DNA of 40,847 nt from Patescibacteria group bacterium (GCA_004298405.1 SCSL01000040.1:1-40847), one strand, 5' to 3'. Shown: positions 25,101 through 34,328, numbered from the stretch's first letter. Numbers and translations are program-made. The notes: generated by a model from the sequence alone, not told the origin.

Positions 25101-26480
25101 TTACGATAATCTCCTCGCCACCTCATCGATGTCACCGGCACCAATGATAAGGACAACATCCCCAGGTTGAACCACCTCACGAAGTTGAGACTCTGCCTCT
25201 TTGAGATTCGACGCATAGGTCGTGTGAGATGTATTGATTGCCTTGACCAAGTCGCGAGAGCTCACGTCAGCTTCTTCCTGCCTGCCGCCTCGCCTGCCGG
25301 GAGGCAGGGCAGGCACGGCATTTCGTCCTGCGACGTCATAAATTTCGGTAAGGATCACGTGATCGGCAAGCGGGAGTGTCTCTACGAACTCCTCAAAAAG
25401 TTTCTTGGTTCGATCATGTTGATGCGGCTGGTAACACAGCACGATCCGCCGGCCGGGAAAAAACTCCCGCGCGGCCTCAATCGTCTGCTTCACAGCAGAA
25501 GGATGATGACCATAGTCGGAAATGACATCCGCGCCTTTCCACACGCCAACCCGTTCAAACCGTCGCCAGATCCCACGGAACTCTTTGAGTACGCGGCGGC
25601 ACGTCTCAAATGGCACACCAAGCTCAAGAGCCGCGGACGTCGCGGCAAGCGCGTTGTACACATTGAACTCGCCTGGAATCTGAAGCTCGAACTCGCCCAC
25701 ATTTGTACGAACCATCTGACTCCCCATGGAAGTTTTGCGCTCTTCAAACTGATACGTGGGATCGGTTCGAGTCGATCCGTACGTTATGGGTCGACTAACC
25801 TGCAAGACACGACTCCCAGCATCATCGGCATTCACGACCACCATCCCCTGCCCTTTCAGTTTGTCGACAAATATCTGGAATGTTTCCTGGATGTGAGCGA
25901 GATCACGATAATAATCAAGATGATCTTCCTCGATGTTCGTAAGCACGATCATCTCGGGAGAAAAATTCAGCATGTTGGCTCGATACTCACATCCCTCCAC
26001 TACGAAAAACCGACCCCCTCCCTGTCGGAAATTTCCGTCTTTGAATCCTGGAACAAATGAACCGACAAGAACCGTTGGGTCATACCCTGCCGCCTCGAGC
26101 ATGAGCCCAAGCATGGCAGTCGTCGTGGATTTGCCGTTAGTGCCGCTTACCACGATCGTAGAAAACGATTTTGAAATTTCTCCGAGCACTTCAAAGTTCG
26201 TCCACGACGGGATCCCACGTTCTTCACTGACAGCACGTTCAATGTTCGTCGACGGAACCGCAGGAGAGTACACAAGAAGATCGACATCTACGCTGATGTT
26301 CGTTGGGGCGTGACCAGAAAAAATATGAGCCCCGCGCGTTTCAAGATCATGGGTGATGGCACTCAGATGGACGTCTGATCCACTCACGGCAACTCCCTCA
26401 TGCAAAAACCATTTCGCAAGCGCGGACATTCCAATCCCTCCGATGCCAACAAAATGCACATGTTTGTAAGTCTGAAACAT
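25101..26480 (-). CDS. murC: UDP-N-acetylmuramate--L-alanine ligase MurC
   Basis: 459-aa ORF with VHFVGIGGIGMSALA, VSGTNGKSTT and a C-terminal GAGDI. Confidence 0.95.
   Translation of the reverse strand: MFQTYKHVHFVGIGGIGMSALAKWFLHEGVAVSGSDVHLSAITHDLETRGAHIFSGHAPTNISVDVDLLVYSPAVPSTNIERAVSEERGIPSWTNFEVLGEISKSFSTIVVSGTNGKSTTTAMLGLMLEAAGYDPTVLVGSFVPGFKDGNFRQGGGRFFVVEGCEYRANMLNFSPEMIVLTNIEEDHLDYYRDLAHIQETFQIFVDKLKGQGMVVVNADDAGSRVLQVSRPITYGSTRTDPTYQFEERKTSMGSQMVRTNVGEFELQIPGEFNVYNALAATSAALELGVPFETCRRVLKEFRGIWRRFERVGVWKGADVISDYGHHPSAVKQTIEAAREFFPGRRIVLCYQPHQHDRTKKLFEEFVETLPLADHVILTEIYDVAGRNAVPALPPGRRGGRQEEADVSSRDLVKAINTSHTTYASNLKEAESQLREVVQPGDVVLIIGAGDIDEVARRLS
25279..25315. repeat. GC-rich imperfect palindrome lying in frame inside murC
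   Basis: The inner stem is CCTGCC-GGGA-GGCAGG (25293-25308). The outer arms are TGCCTGCC (25279-25286) / GGCAGGCA (25308-25315). It encodes PALPPGRRGGRQ. Confidence 0.5.
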
Positions 26481-26497
26481 ACAACTCCCAGTCTAAC

Positions 26498-26525
26498 ATA
26501 AAAGCGCCAACCTGGAGGTTGACGC
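26498..26525 (-). terminator. Rho-independent terminator after the 411-aa orphan gene
   Basis: Minus strand reads GCGTCAACC-TCCA-GGTTGGCGC (8 of 9 bp) followed by TTTTAT. Confidence 0.6.
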
Positions 26526-26542
26526 ATGATGTAACCGGCAAC

Positions 26543-27778
26543 TCACACAATCGCCGTTCCTTGCGTCCAGGTGAGAATTCGATCTCCATGAACCGTAGTC
26601 CAGGAGATGCGTCCATCTGGCTTGCTGTGAAGGTTCCATGCGAGCGGCACAGGCGTGCCAGCCTGACTCATGATGATCGGCTGATCGTACTCTCCATCGC
26701 ACTGGATCGTTGCGACCAGCGAACCATCATCTGCGATCAGCTTCTCACGGACGTGCAGTCCGGGTGGGATTGGTTGATCAAGTCGTGACCCCACAATTCG
26801 CTCATGGGGCAGACGATCTAGATATGCTCCTTCATGAATCGTGGCCGCAAGATGGAACTCGTTGGGCGACCATACGATCGAGGATGGATCGAGGGAAAAT
26901 CGACCCTTATGAATGATCCATCCCTCGCTTAATTGAAGTCGATGGACTCCCTCGGGTTCACCGCGTGGATGGACGAGCAGGACCATGGTCATGTTCCCGG
27001 GAGAGGACCACACCCCCTGCAAGTTTCCATCGATCTGAATCCGTTCGGGGACTTCTCCCATGGCACGAGGATTCAGCTCGACAAGCCATGACTGACTGCC
27101 GCGGCTCAGGGCAAGCATGAGTCGTCCCTGCCAGGACACGATCCCGATCAGACGATCGTCGTTCTGAATCGTGAGAATCTTGAAGGGATCAATCCCCCCG
27201 CTCTGCCGGAGTTCGTAGGCGTAAAGGATGCCCGCGATCTCCTCGACCACGCACAGACCGCCCTGATGAGGTGTAACGACGGCACGTTCGTGGATAGGCC
27301 ACAGATCGCCCCAAGGGCTCAGGCAGAGGTGTTCCCTGGGACGATCAAAGCGGGTTCCACGCACGAGTCCGCCAGAAGCGCTCCCGGGTCGCATCACCGT
27401 ATCGAGCCTCGTGAGGAATGTTCCGCCACCAGTCCCATCGAGTCTCCACAGACCCGTAGGATGATCCTCGACCACGCCCCATACGAGTACTGAGCGTCCG
27501 TCCAGACCAAGAATGCGTGTTCCTTCCCGAGGCGATGTCCGTTGGAAACTAGGTTCCAACACTCCAAATTGGGAATGAACAACCCGTTCCACCTCATGAC
27601 GGCGCACCACAATATGCGCACAGTGGAGCCCATCTTGTGAAACGACAAGCTGATTTCCGAGAATCAACTGACGAAGTGTTGCCGCGTCCGCGGTTGGGTT
27701 GAGTTGCGCGACGTCGCGCATGGTCAACTCGCCCGTGGGTTCGCTCACACGCACGACGCGGTTGGAATGGTGCTCCAC
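26543..27778 (-). CDS. Orphan protein, beta-rich repeat-like (possibly beta-propeller), GC-rich
   Basis: 411-aa ORF with a GTG start at 27776-27778, 6 nt after AAGGAG, and its own terminator. I recognise no catalytic motif. Recurring W/G/D-containing beta-strand-like segments are present. Confidence 0.6.
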   Translation of the reverse strand: MEHHSNRVVRVSEPTGELTMRDVAQLNPTADAATLRQLILGNQLVVSQDGLHCAHIVVRRHEVERVVHSQFGVLEPSFQRTSPREGTRILGLDGRSVLVWGVVEDHPTGLWRLDGTGGGTFLTRLDTVMRPGSASGGLVRGTRFDRPREHLCLSPWGDLWPIHERAVVTPHQGGLCVVEEIAGILYAYELRQSGGIDPFKILTIQNDDRLIGIVSWQGRLMLALSRGSQSWLVELNPRAMGEVPERIQIDGNLQGVWSSPGNMTMVLLVHPRGEPEGVHRLQLSEGWIIHKGRFSLDPSSIVWSPNEFHLAATIHEGAYLDRLPHERIVGSRLDQPIPPGLHVREKLIADDGSLVATIQCDGEYDQPIIMSQAGTPVPLAWNLHSKPDGRISWTTVHGDRILTWTQGTAIV

Positions 27779-27907
27779 GATGATCTCCTTACTTCTGTAT
27801 CAAACAGATATGTGAATCGCATGCTGATCTCAGCCTAGCGATATTTCACTTCATTGTCAATGAGAAGTGCCTCACGTACAATGTCGATCGACGAAACAAT
27901 CGTGACT

Positions 27908-28960
27908 ATGCCCAACAACCATCTCTGCCAAGAGGCAAGGGTTTCCCTAGAACGTATTCGCGTATTAAAACAGGATTTTGATGTTTCTTTTGAGAAAGCA
28001 TTAACTTCTGGTGATGAGACGGACAAGCAACGCGCACAACAAAATAAACAAGCGCTAGACCAAGAGATGATGAAGTTACGCATTGAGATGTATCAATGGG
28101 AAAAAAGAGCCATTGAGGCTCGAGAACTAACATTGTTGGAATCTCTCTCAAGAAAAAAAGAAACAAGCGTTCCATTGAGTAAATACGAACTTTTTGTTTT
28201 GTACGAGATCTACACCAGTAACCCTCTATCAAGCGATCTGCTCGACTGGCGCGATACACGAGACACCCAAGAAGATCTCCTCACCATGTTTGATGCCTCT
28301 CCACACAGACTGGCCCGCTCGTTAGAAGAAATCACTCCAGAGACTCAAATCTATATCGGGAAACTCGAAGACGGTTTCTTCCAACACATTCCAGACACCC
28401 TCGAACTCATCTACACCTCATTCCCTGAAGAACGCATTCGCCGTTACAACATTGAGATAGGGGGTAAAGACGAGCACGAGCTCAAGAAGCACCTCGAACA
28501 CAACGGATATAGAATTGGTGACTACACCAAATCAATGATGAAGCACGACGACTTCAGACGCTCCCTTCGCGAACCAGATCTCACGCAACCAGACTGGAAG
28601 AAGTGGAAGATTAAATCCCCAGAAGAAATAACCCTTATTCGTCTTCGTGTAGAAGACCTTGGATTCCCAGACGGTGCCACAACACAGGAAATCTTCGACC
28701 GCGCCATCCTATTAGGTTTGGAACTTTGTCCTCCAGAAGTTGGTCCTCAGTTTCGTCTGCAATATGTGAATCAGCCAATGAACGAATACATCCGCGTCGG
28801 CATGAGACAAATCACCGACTCGGACGGCGACCCGCACGTCTTCAGCGTGGGGCGCGATGACGATGGGTCGTGGCTCTACAGCCTTTGGGCGGAGCCGGCG
28901 GGCAGGTGGAATGCGGACAGCGAGTTCGTGTTCCGTCTTCGCAAGTCTGCCCGTCCGTAG
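27908..28960 (+). CDS. Orphan protein, paralog of 7929-8703
   Basis: The ORF track starts at TTG 27854. ATG 27908 (MPNNHLCQEARVSLERIRVLKQDF..) aligns with the start of the paralog (MPDSSTCLSAQASLEEIRSLKQEF..). Confidence 0.65.
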   Translation: MPNNHLCQEARVSLERIRVLKQDFDVSFEKALTSGDETDKQRAQQNKQALDQEMMKLRIEMYQWEKRAIEARELTLLESLSRKKETSVPLSKYELFVLYEIYTSNPLSSDLLDWRDTRDTQEDLLTMFDASPHRLARSLEEITPETQIYIGKLEDGFFQHIPDTLELIYTSFPEERIRRYNIEIGGKDEHELKKHLEHNGYRIGDYTKSMMKHDDFRRSLREPDLTQPDWKKWKIKSPEEITLIRLRVEDLGFPDGATTQEIFDRAILLGLELCPPEVGPQFRLQYVNQPMNEYIRVGMRQITDSDGDPHVFSVGRDDDGSWLYSLWAEPAGRWNADSEFVFRLRKSARP

Positions 28961-29023
28961 CCCGTAGGGCGAAGGCGGGAAACCCTTTGATTCTTTCCGT
29001 GGCCTACCTACTGGCGGGTAGGC
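28950..29023 (+). repeat. Two GC-rich hairpins between the orphan gene and glyA (possible terminator or repeat element)
   Basis: Hairpin 1 is CCCG(T)CC..[GCCC-GTA-GGGC]..GGCGGG at 28950-28979. Hairpin 2 is GCCTACC-N8-GGTAGGC at 29002-29023. GGCAGGCGAAGC resembles the murC element GGCAGGCGAGGC. Confidence 0.45.
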
Positions 29024-29058
29024 AGGCGAAGCTAATAATTTTTGGAACAGCAAGACCT

Positions 29059-30342
29059 ATGTCCATTTCCACCTTTGATCCAGAACTCTCCCACGCACTC
29101 AACCAAGAACTCACACGTGAACAGTCAGGTCTTGAAATGATCCCGAGTGAAAACTTTGTCTCAAACGAAGTTCTTGAGGCGCTTGGGTCAATCGGCACGA
29201 ATAAGTATTCCGAAGGATACCCTGGGGCGCGCTATTATTCTGGCTGTGAATGGGTTGATGTCATAGAGAATCTCGCGCGCGACCGCGCCAAGCAACTCTT
29301 TGGTGTCACACACGCCAATGTTCAACCTGCCTCAGGATGCGCCGCCAACATCGCCACCATGTTCGCGCTCTTGCATCCTGGCGACACGCTCATGGGCATG
29401 AACCTCTTTTATGGAGGACACATGACACATGGCTTGCCCGTAAACTTTTCAGGTCGCTACTACAAATCTGTTCAGTACACGTCGACCAAGGAAGGGTATC
29501 TTGATTTTGAACAAATGATGTCGCTTGCCCTTGAACACAAACCCAAGTTGATTATCGTGGGCGCAACAGCCTACCCACGTCTCATCGACTGGCAGAAGGC
29601 GCGCGAGGTTGCCGATACGATCGGCGCGTTTCTTATGGCGGACGTGTCGCACATCGCCGGGCTTATTGTTTCGGGAGATCACCCAACACCGGTTGGCATT
29701 GCAGACGTGATCACCACAACGACACACAAGACCCTCCGAGGACCGCGTGGAGCCATGATTCTGTGCAATGGGAATCCATCAACACCGCTCAAGAGCGTCG
29801 ATGTTACAAAAGAAAACATCCCGACGCTCGTCGACCGCGCGATTATTCCAGGGATTCAAGGCGGCCCACATAACCATCAAACCGCCGCGATCGCTGTCGC
29901 TCTCAAAGAAGCCCTCCAGCCAGACTTCCAAGAATACGGCCACCAGATTGTGAAAAACGCAAAAGCGCTTGCGGCCGAGCTGATGACTCGCGGGTTTGAC
30001 CTCGTGACGGGTGGCACGGACAATCACCTCATGGTCGCTGATCTCACAAACAAAGGCATCTCAGGCAAGCAAGCCGCTCTTGCACTCGACCGCGCGGGAA
30101 TCACCGTAAACAAAAACACGGTTCCTTTTGAACCGCGATCTCCGTTTGATCCTTCAGGTATTCGACTCGGCACACCCGCGCTCACCACGCGCGGCATGAA
30201 AGAAGAGGAGATGAAACAGATCGGCGCATGGATTGAGGCGGCGATTGAGCATTATGCGGATGAACAGAAGCTCGAGGGAATCCGACAAGAAGTAAAAATC
30301 ATGACTGATCGATTCCCGCTGTATCCCTTACTGAGTTACTAA
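29059..30342 (+). CDS. glyA: Serine hydroxymethyltransferase
   Basis: Motifs LEMIPSENF and the PLP-lysine motif TTTTHKTLRGPRG are present. The start is ATG 29059 (MSISTFDPEL..) rather than the upstream extension in the ORF track. Confidence 0.95.
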   Translation: MSISTFDPELSHALNQELTREQSGLEMIPSENFVSNEVLEALGSIGTNKYSEGYPGARYYSGCEWVDVIENLARDRAKQLFGVTHANVQPASGCAANIATMFALLHPGDTLMGMNLFYGGHMTHGLPVNFSGRYYKSVQYTSTKEGYLDFEQMMSLALEHKPKLIIVGATAYPRLIDWQKAREVADTIGAFLMADVSHIAGLIVSGDHPTPVGIADVITTTTHKTLRGPRGAMILCNGNPSTPLKSVDVTKENIPTLVDRAIIPGIQGGPHNHQTAAIAVALKEALQPDFQEYGHQIVKNAKALAAELMTRGFDLVTGGTDNHLMVADLTNKGISGKQAALALDRAGITVNKNTVPFEPRSPFDPSGIRLGTPALTTRGMKEEEMKQIGAWIEAAIEHYADEQKLEGIRQEVKIMTDRFPLYPLLSY

Positions 30343-30363
30343 AAACTTGCTTATTGCTCGTTT

Positions 30364-31206
30364 ATGGCCCATATCCTCGACGGTCGTGCACTCGCTGAAC
30401 GTATCCGAGAAAAAATTAAAACGCGCGTCGCGGCACTTCCATCCAAACCGGGATTGGCCGTTCTTTTGGTTGGCGATGATTCCGCCTCTCACTTGTACGT
30501 GAGTCTTAAGCGGCAAGCCTGTGAGGAATCCGGGATTGCATTTAAACTTTTTTTGTATACGACTACTACTTCCGAGAATGAGCTCGTCGAAAAAATCCAA
30601 GATCTCAACCAACGCGACGATATCCACGGCATTCTTGTGCAACTTCCTCTCCCGACTCAAAACGCCGACCATGTGATAGCCGCCATTGATCCACGCAAGG
30701 ATGTCGATGGATTTCACCCAGAAAATCTCAAACGTTTGCGTGAAGGAAAGCCAGCGATTGCCTCAGCGGTCGCGCTTGGGGTGATGAAATTACTTGACGA
30801 AGCAAAAGCTCACGGTAACGCGTGCATCGTTTCTTCTTCTCTGTTTGCCGCGCCTCTTCAGATTCTCCTGAAAGAACAGGTGATTGATTCCGTGGTCGTT
30901 CAGGCAGAAAGCCAAGAGCTTGCACAGAGCGTCCGCGCCGCGGATATCTTGATTGTTGCAGAAGGAATTCCCGGACTCATTACCGGCCCGATGGTGAAAC
31001 CTGGCGCAACGGTCATCGATGTTGGCACAACACGGACAGACGAAGGTCTCAGGGGGGATGTGGATTTCGAGTCGGTCGAAAAAATTGCTGGAGCCATCAC
31101 GCCTGTTCCTGGCGGCGTCGGTCCCATGACGGTCGCGATGCTTCTCGTGAACATTCTCAAGGCATACAGTCTTCTCTCTCCGCCGCTCTCTTCACAGCCG
31201 CTTTAG
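30364..31206 (+). CDS. folD: Bifunctional methylenetetrahydrofolate dehydrogenase/cyclohydrolase
   Basis: 280-aa ORF with YVSLKRQACEESGI, GILVQLPLP and PGGVGPMTVAML. Confidence 0.93.
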   Translation: MAHILDGRALAERIREKIKTRVAALPSKPGLAVLLVGDDSASHLYVSLKRQACEESGIAFKLFLYTTTTSENELVEKIQDLNQRDDIHGILVQLPLPTQNADHVIAAIDPRKDVDGFHPENLKRLREGKPAIASAVALGVMKLLDEAKAHGNACIVSSSLFAAPLQILLKEQVIDSVVVQAESQELAQSVRAADILIVAEGIPGLITGPMVKPGATVIDVGTTRTDEGLRGDVDFESVEKIAGAITPVPGGVGPMTVAMLLVNILKAYSLLSPPLSSQPL

Positions 31207-31607
31207 CGGCGTTCCGTCGCCAGACCCGTTTTGTGCGCCGCGACTCCTCCGACAAGGATCGCGATAAAATTTACCCAGTTGGCGTTGATCACATTCCACG
31301 TAAAGAGCGTAGTCCAGGGATAACCGTATACGGGTTGAAGCAAAATCGCAGAGAAAAGAAAAAGCAAAAGCATCCATCCAATCGCTGTCACAAACCGTGC
31401 GGTCCAGTCATCGCAAGCTTTGCGAAAGTACAAAAAACTCACGAGCAAAATCCACAAGGGCGTAAAGACATTCCCAACAAAAAGAAAGATGGGGTGCTGA
31501 AGGATGTTGTACATGGTCACGATAAGAAACGACACCGGATACCAGACAATAAACAGCAACGCAAAGTAGCCGAACCATCGTTTTGTCAAAATCGTTTTGA
31601 GCTCCAT
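31203..31607 (-). CDS. Small integral membrane protein, unknown function
   Basis: About four hydrophobic helices. The start is ATG 31605-31607, just after the upstream stop. Its 3' end overlaps the folD stop by 4 nt in a convergent arrangement. Confidence 0.55.
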   Translation of the reverse strand: MELKTILTKRWFGYFALLFIVWYPVSFLIVTMYNILQHPIFLFVGNVFTPLWILLVSFLYFRKACDDWTARFVTAIGWMLLLFLFSAILLQPVYGYPWTTLFTWNVINANWVNFIAILVGGVAAHKTGLATERR

Positions 31608-31612
31608 ATTGT

Positions 31613-32776
31613 TTATTTTACGAAGACGGTGCTGACCTCCCAAATGATGCCAGCGCTAAAAATAAGGATAATGAGCCAGGTGAGCGGCGCAGGAAAATTG
31701 ATGCAGTGATGGGTCTGACAGATCCCCTGGCGACGCATGAACCAGTAGCTGAGCGCGACTAAAATTCCCAGCACACCAACAAACACAGAGCCTACGAATC
31801 CAATGATGTCGATAAACTCGCGCATACCCACGGCAAACAAGACGATCGGCACAATGGATACAAGAACCCATGCCGTCCAATGACCCAAGTCAAAGTCGAA
31901 CTTGAATGTGTTGAGAAGTTCGATCCCAAGTACCATATAAATGGAAAGAATCGAGAGCGAACCAAGAAGAGCGCCAACCACGCGAAATGTCCCATCCAGC
32001 ATCGGAACAAGACCATCAAACGCCATGGGGGTTGTTGCGGTTCCTGTAACACCCACAACCGCGAGAGCAAACAACGCATAAAGCAAAACGATCACGAACA
32101 TCGCTAAACAAATGACCGAGTTAATGTGCCTTTTGTGCTTTTTTCCCAGAACGTCTTTTAGTTCTGGAACGATCCCCAACCCGGCTAACGAGAAGAGAAT
32201 AACTCCATAGGGAATAAAAAATTCTCTCAGATCGAACGTGGCAAAATTTGCGATCTCCATCGATGGGACACTCGCGAGAATGATAAAGGTAAACAAAAAG
32301 AGCAGTGCCCCTACAACGAGATATTCGATACGAGCCGCCATGGCCAAGCCACCAAAGATAAGCACGCAGGCGATGCCAGCCAAAAGATACGAGTAGACGG
32401 CTGGTTCACCGCCAAAAAAGGGCGCCAGGAGAAGATGGAGAAGAGCTCCGCCTACCACCATGTAGGCAAGCATGGCTCCCCAAATTCCAAAGCTCAGAAT
32501 CACCAGCGTCACCCATTTCCACAGCTTCCCTACATAGATTCCTACATAGTTTACGAGGCGATGATGGCCGGGAGTTTGAACAACAATTTCCCCCATCATG
32601 AGTTGAAGCACGGTGAGCATTCCAGATAGAAAAAGAAGTTCAAGCAGTCCCAACCCAAATCCACTCTGCGCAAAGGCATACGGCAAACCAAAAACGCCTA
32701 CACCGACGATCGCACCGATCATCATGCCAACAGACCGCAAAAAAGGACGATTGGGATGAACCATAGAAGAGTCCAC
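31613..32776 (-). CDS. Amino-acid-permease-like polytopic transporter
   Basis: 387-aa highly hydrophobic ORF. The N-terminal GMMIGAIVGVGVFGLPYAFAQSG resembles Aa_trans / Trp-Tyr permease families. Confidence 0.6.
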   Translation of the reverse strand: MDSSMVHPNRPFLRSVGMMIGAIVGVGVFGLPYAFAQSGFGLGLLELLFLSGMLTVLQLMMGEIVVQTPGHHRLVNYVGIYVGKLWKWVTLVILSFGIWGAMLAYMVVGGALLHLLLAPFFGGEPAVYSYLLAGIACVLIFGGLAMAARIEYLVVGALLFLFTFIILASVPSMEIANFATFDLREFFIPYGVILFSLAGLGIVPELKDVLGKKHKRHINSVICLAMFVIVLLYALFALAVVGVTGTATTPMAFDGLVPMLDGTFRVVGALLGSLSILSIYMVLGIELLNTFKFDFDLGHWTAWVLVSIVPIVLFAVGMREFIDIIGFVGSVFVGVLGILVALSYWFMRRQGICQTHHCINFPAPLTWLIILIFSAGIIWEVSTVFVK

Positions 32777-32846
32777 AAGATACGCTCAGTATAGCATATT
32801 TGAGGCTTGCACCTGGCGCTTCGCGTGTTACTATGCACCCGCATCT

Positions 32847-34316
32847 ATGGCGGTACACGAACGAATCCCTCCACAAAATCTCGAGGCGGAGCAGTCCTTG
32901 CTCGGATCCTTATTGATCGACAAGGATGCCATGACGAAAATTGCCGATCGGACCAAAGCAGATGATTTTTATCGTGAATCGCACCAACATATTTTTGAGG
33001 CGATGCTTCAGTTGTATGAACGCCATGAACCGATTGATATTCTCTCCTTGGGAAACCGACTTGAAGAACAATCGCTCTTACAGCGAAGTGGGGGTCGAGC
33101 CTACTTGGTGGAACTCTCCAATGCCGTTCCAACCGCCGCCAACGTCGCACACTATGCGGATATCGTGCAGAAGAAGGCGACACTCCGACGCATCATCACC
33201 GCCGCCACAGAAATTACCCAAATCGGCTATGAGGAGGACGAGGATGTTGAGGCGAGCCTGGATCGCGCGGAGCGGGCGCTTTTTGGTGTCTCGGAAAAAT
33301 TTAACAAGAACACATTTGTTTCGATCCGCTCTGTCTTGCATGATGCGTTTGATCGCATTGATGAACTCCACCGTGATCGAGGCAAACTTCGCGGCGTGCC
33401 CACGGGCTTTCGTGAGCTCGATGCATTTTTGGCAGGACTTCAAAAATCCGATCTCGTGATTCTCGCGGCTCGTCCGTCTGTAGGAAAGACATCGCTCGCT
33501 CTGGATATTGCCCGCCAAATCGGCGTTCATTCGAAACTCCCTGTTGGATTCTTCTCGTTGGAAATGAGTAAGGAACAGCTCGTCGACCGTATGATCTGCG
33601 CCCAGGCGAACGTCGATTTGTGGAAACTGCGAACAGGTCGGCTCTCAGACCGTGACGACGATTTCCCACGGATCGGCAACGCGCTTGGAGAACTCTCAGA
33701 AGCGCCTATCTTCATTGACGACGCGGCGGGACTCAACGTCATGCAACTTCGCACCAAGGCGCGCCGTCTAAAAAATGAACATGGTCTTGGCGTCATCGTG
33801 GTTGATTATCTCCAGCTCATGGAGGGACGCGGCAGTAAAAGTTCCGATAATCGCGTCCAGGAGGTTTCAGAAATTTCTCGAGGTCTGAAGATGATCGCGA
33901 AAGAGTTAAATGTTCCTGTGCTCGCTCTCGCCCAGCTCTCGCGCGCGGTGGAGATGACGAAGCCTGCCATCCCTCGTCTTTCCCACTTACGCGACTCTGG
34001 ATCGATCGAACAAGACGCAGACGTTGTGATGTTCATCTATCGCAAAACCGCCGATCATGGCTACCGTCCAGAAGACATCCCACCGGAAGAACAAAACATC
34101 GCGGAAATTCACATTGCGAAACATCGGAATGGTCCCACGGGGATGGTCCGACTCTTCTTCGACAAAAAGCGTGCGTCGTTTATGAATCTGGAAACACGCC
34201 CGGGTGGAGGAGTTCCTCCTCCTGCAGAAGATTCCACAAGCGGGTTTGCCCCGCTCGCACGGCCGCACGCCCCGATCGCTCCTCCCCCGATTGATCCTCA
34301 ACTCGCAGAAATATAA
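32847..34316 (+). CDS. dnaB: Replicative DNA helicase DnaB
   Basis: IPPQNLEAEQSLLGSLL at the N-terminus, Walker A ARPSVGKTSLAL, and IVVDYLQLM. The C-terminal tail is Pro-rich. Confidence 0.95.
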   Translation: MAVHERIPPQNLEAEQSLLGSLLIDKDAMTKIADRTKADDFYRESHQHIFEAMLQLYERHEPIDILSLGNRLEEQSLLQRSGGRAYLVELSNAVPTAANVAHYADIVQKKATLRRIITAATEITQIGYEEDEDVEASLDRAERALFGVSEKFNKNTFVSIRSVLHDAFDRIDELHRDRGKLRGVPTGFRELDAFLAGLQKSDLVILAARPSVGKTSLALDIARQIGVHSKLPVGFFSLEMSKEQLVDRMICAQANVDLWKLRTGRLSDRDDDFPRIGNALGELSEAPIFIDDAAGLNVMQLRTKARRLKNEHGLGVIVVDYLQLMEGRGSKSSDNRVQEVSEISRGLKMIAKELNVPVLALAQLSRAVEMTKPAIPRLSHLRDSGSIEQDADVVMFIYRKTADHGYRPEDIPPEEQNIAEIHIAKHRNGPTGMVRLFFDKKRASFMNLETRPGGGVPPPAEDSTSGFAPLARPHAPIAPPPIDPQLAEI

Positions 34317-34328
34317 TAACGCATTCCT

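Noticed and set aside
25167-26060. 297-aa plus-strand ORF
   Set aside because: It lies entirely antisense to the well-supported murC gene. The sequence is Arg/Leu/His-rich and low in information, which is typical of a shadow ORF.
28990-29058. Possible ZTP (pfl) riboswitch upstream of glyA/folD, because of the ACUGGCG-like string CTACTGGCGGGTAGG and the typical gene context
   Set aside because: The conserved 3' sub-domain (CCGCCUGGGC-type pseudoknot partner) and the GGGAAACCAC-type P2 region are absent. Only about 35 nt remain before the ATG. It fits better as a simple hairpin or repeat.
28870-29058. N-terminal extension of the glyA ORF in the ORF track
   Set aside because: The extension overlaps the upstream gene and the hairpin spacer. 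Conserved SHMT sequence begins right after ATG 29059.
31233-31709. 158-aa plus-strand ORF
   Set aside because: It is antisense to a convincingly hydrophobic four-helix membrane ORF. Its own sequence is a basic low-complexity string (KKKQKHPSNR..).
32941-33459. 172-aa alternative-frame ORF inside dnaB
   Set aside because: It lies within the same-strand DnaB coding region and has no motifs of its own.
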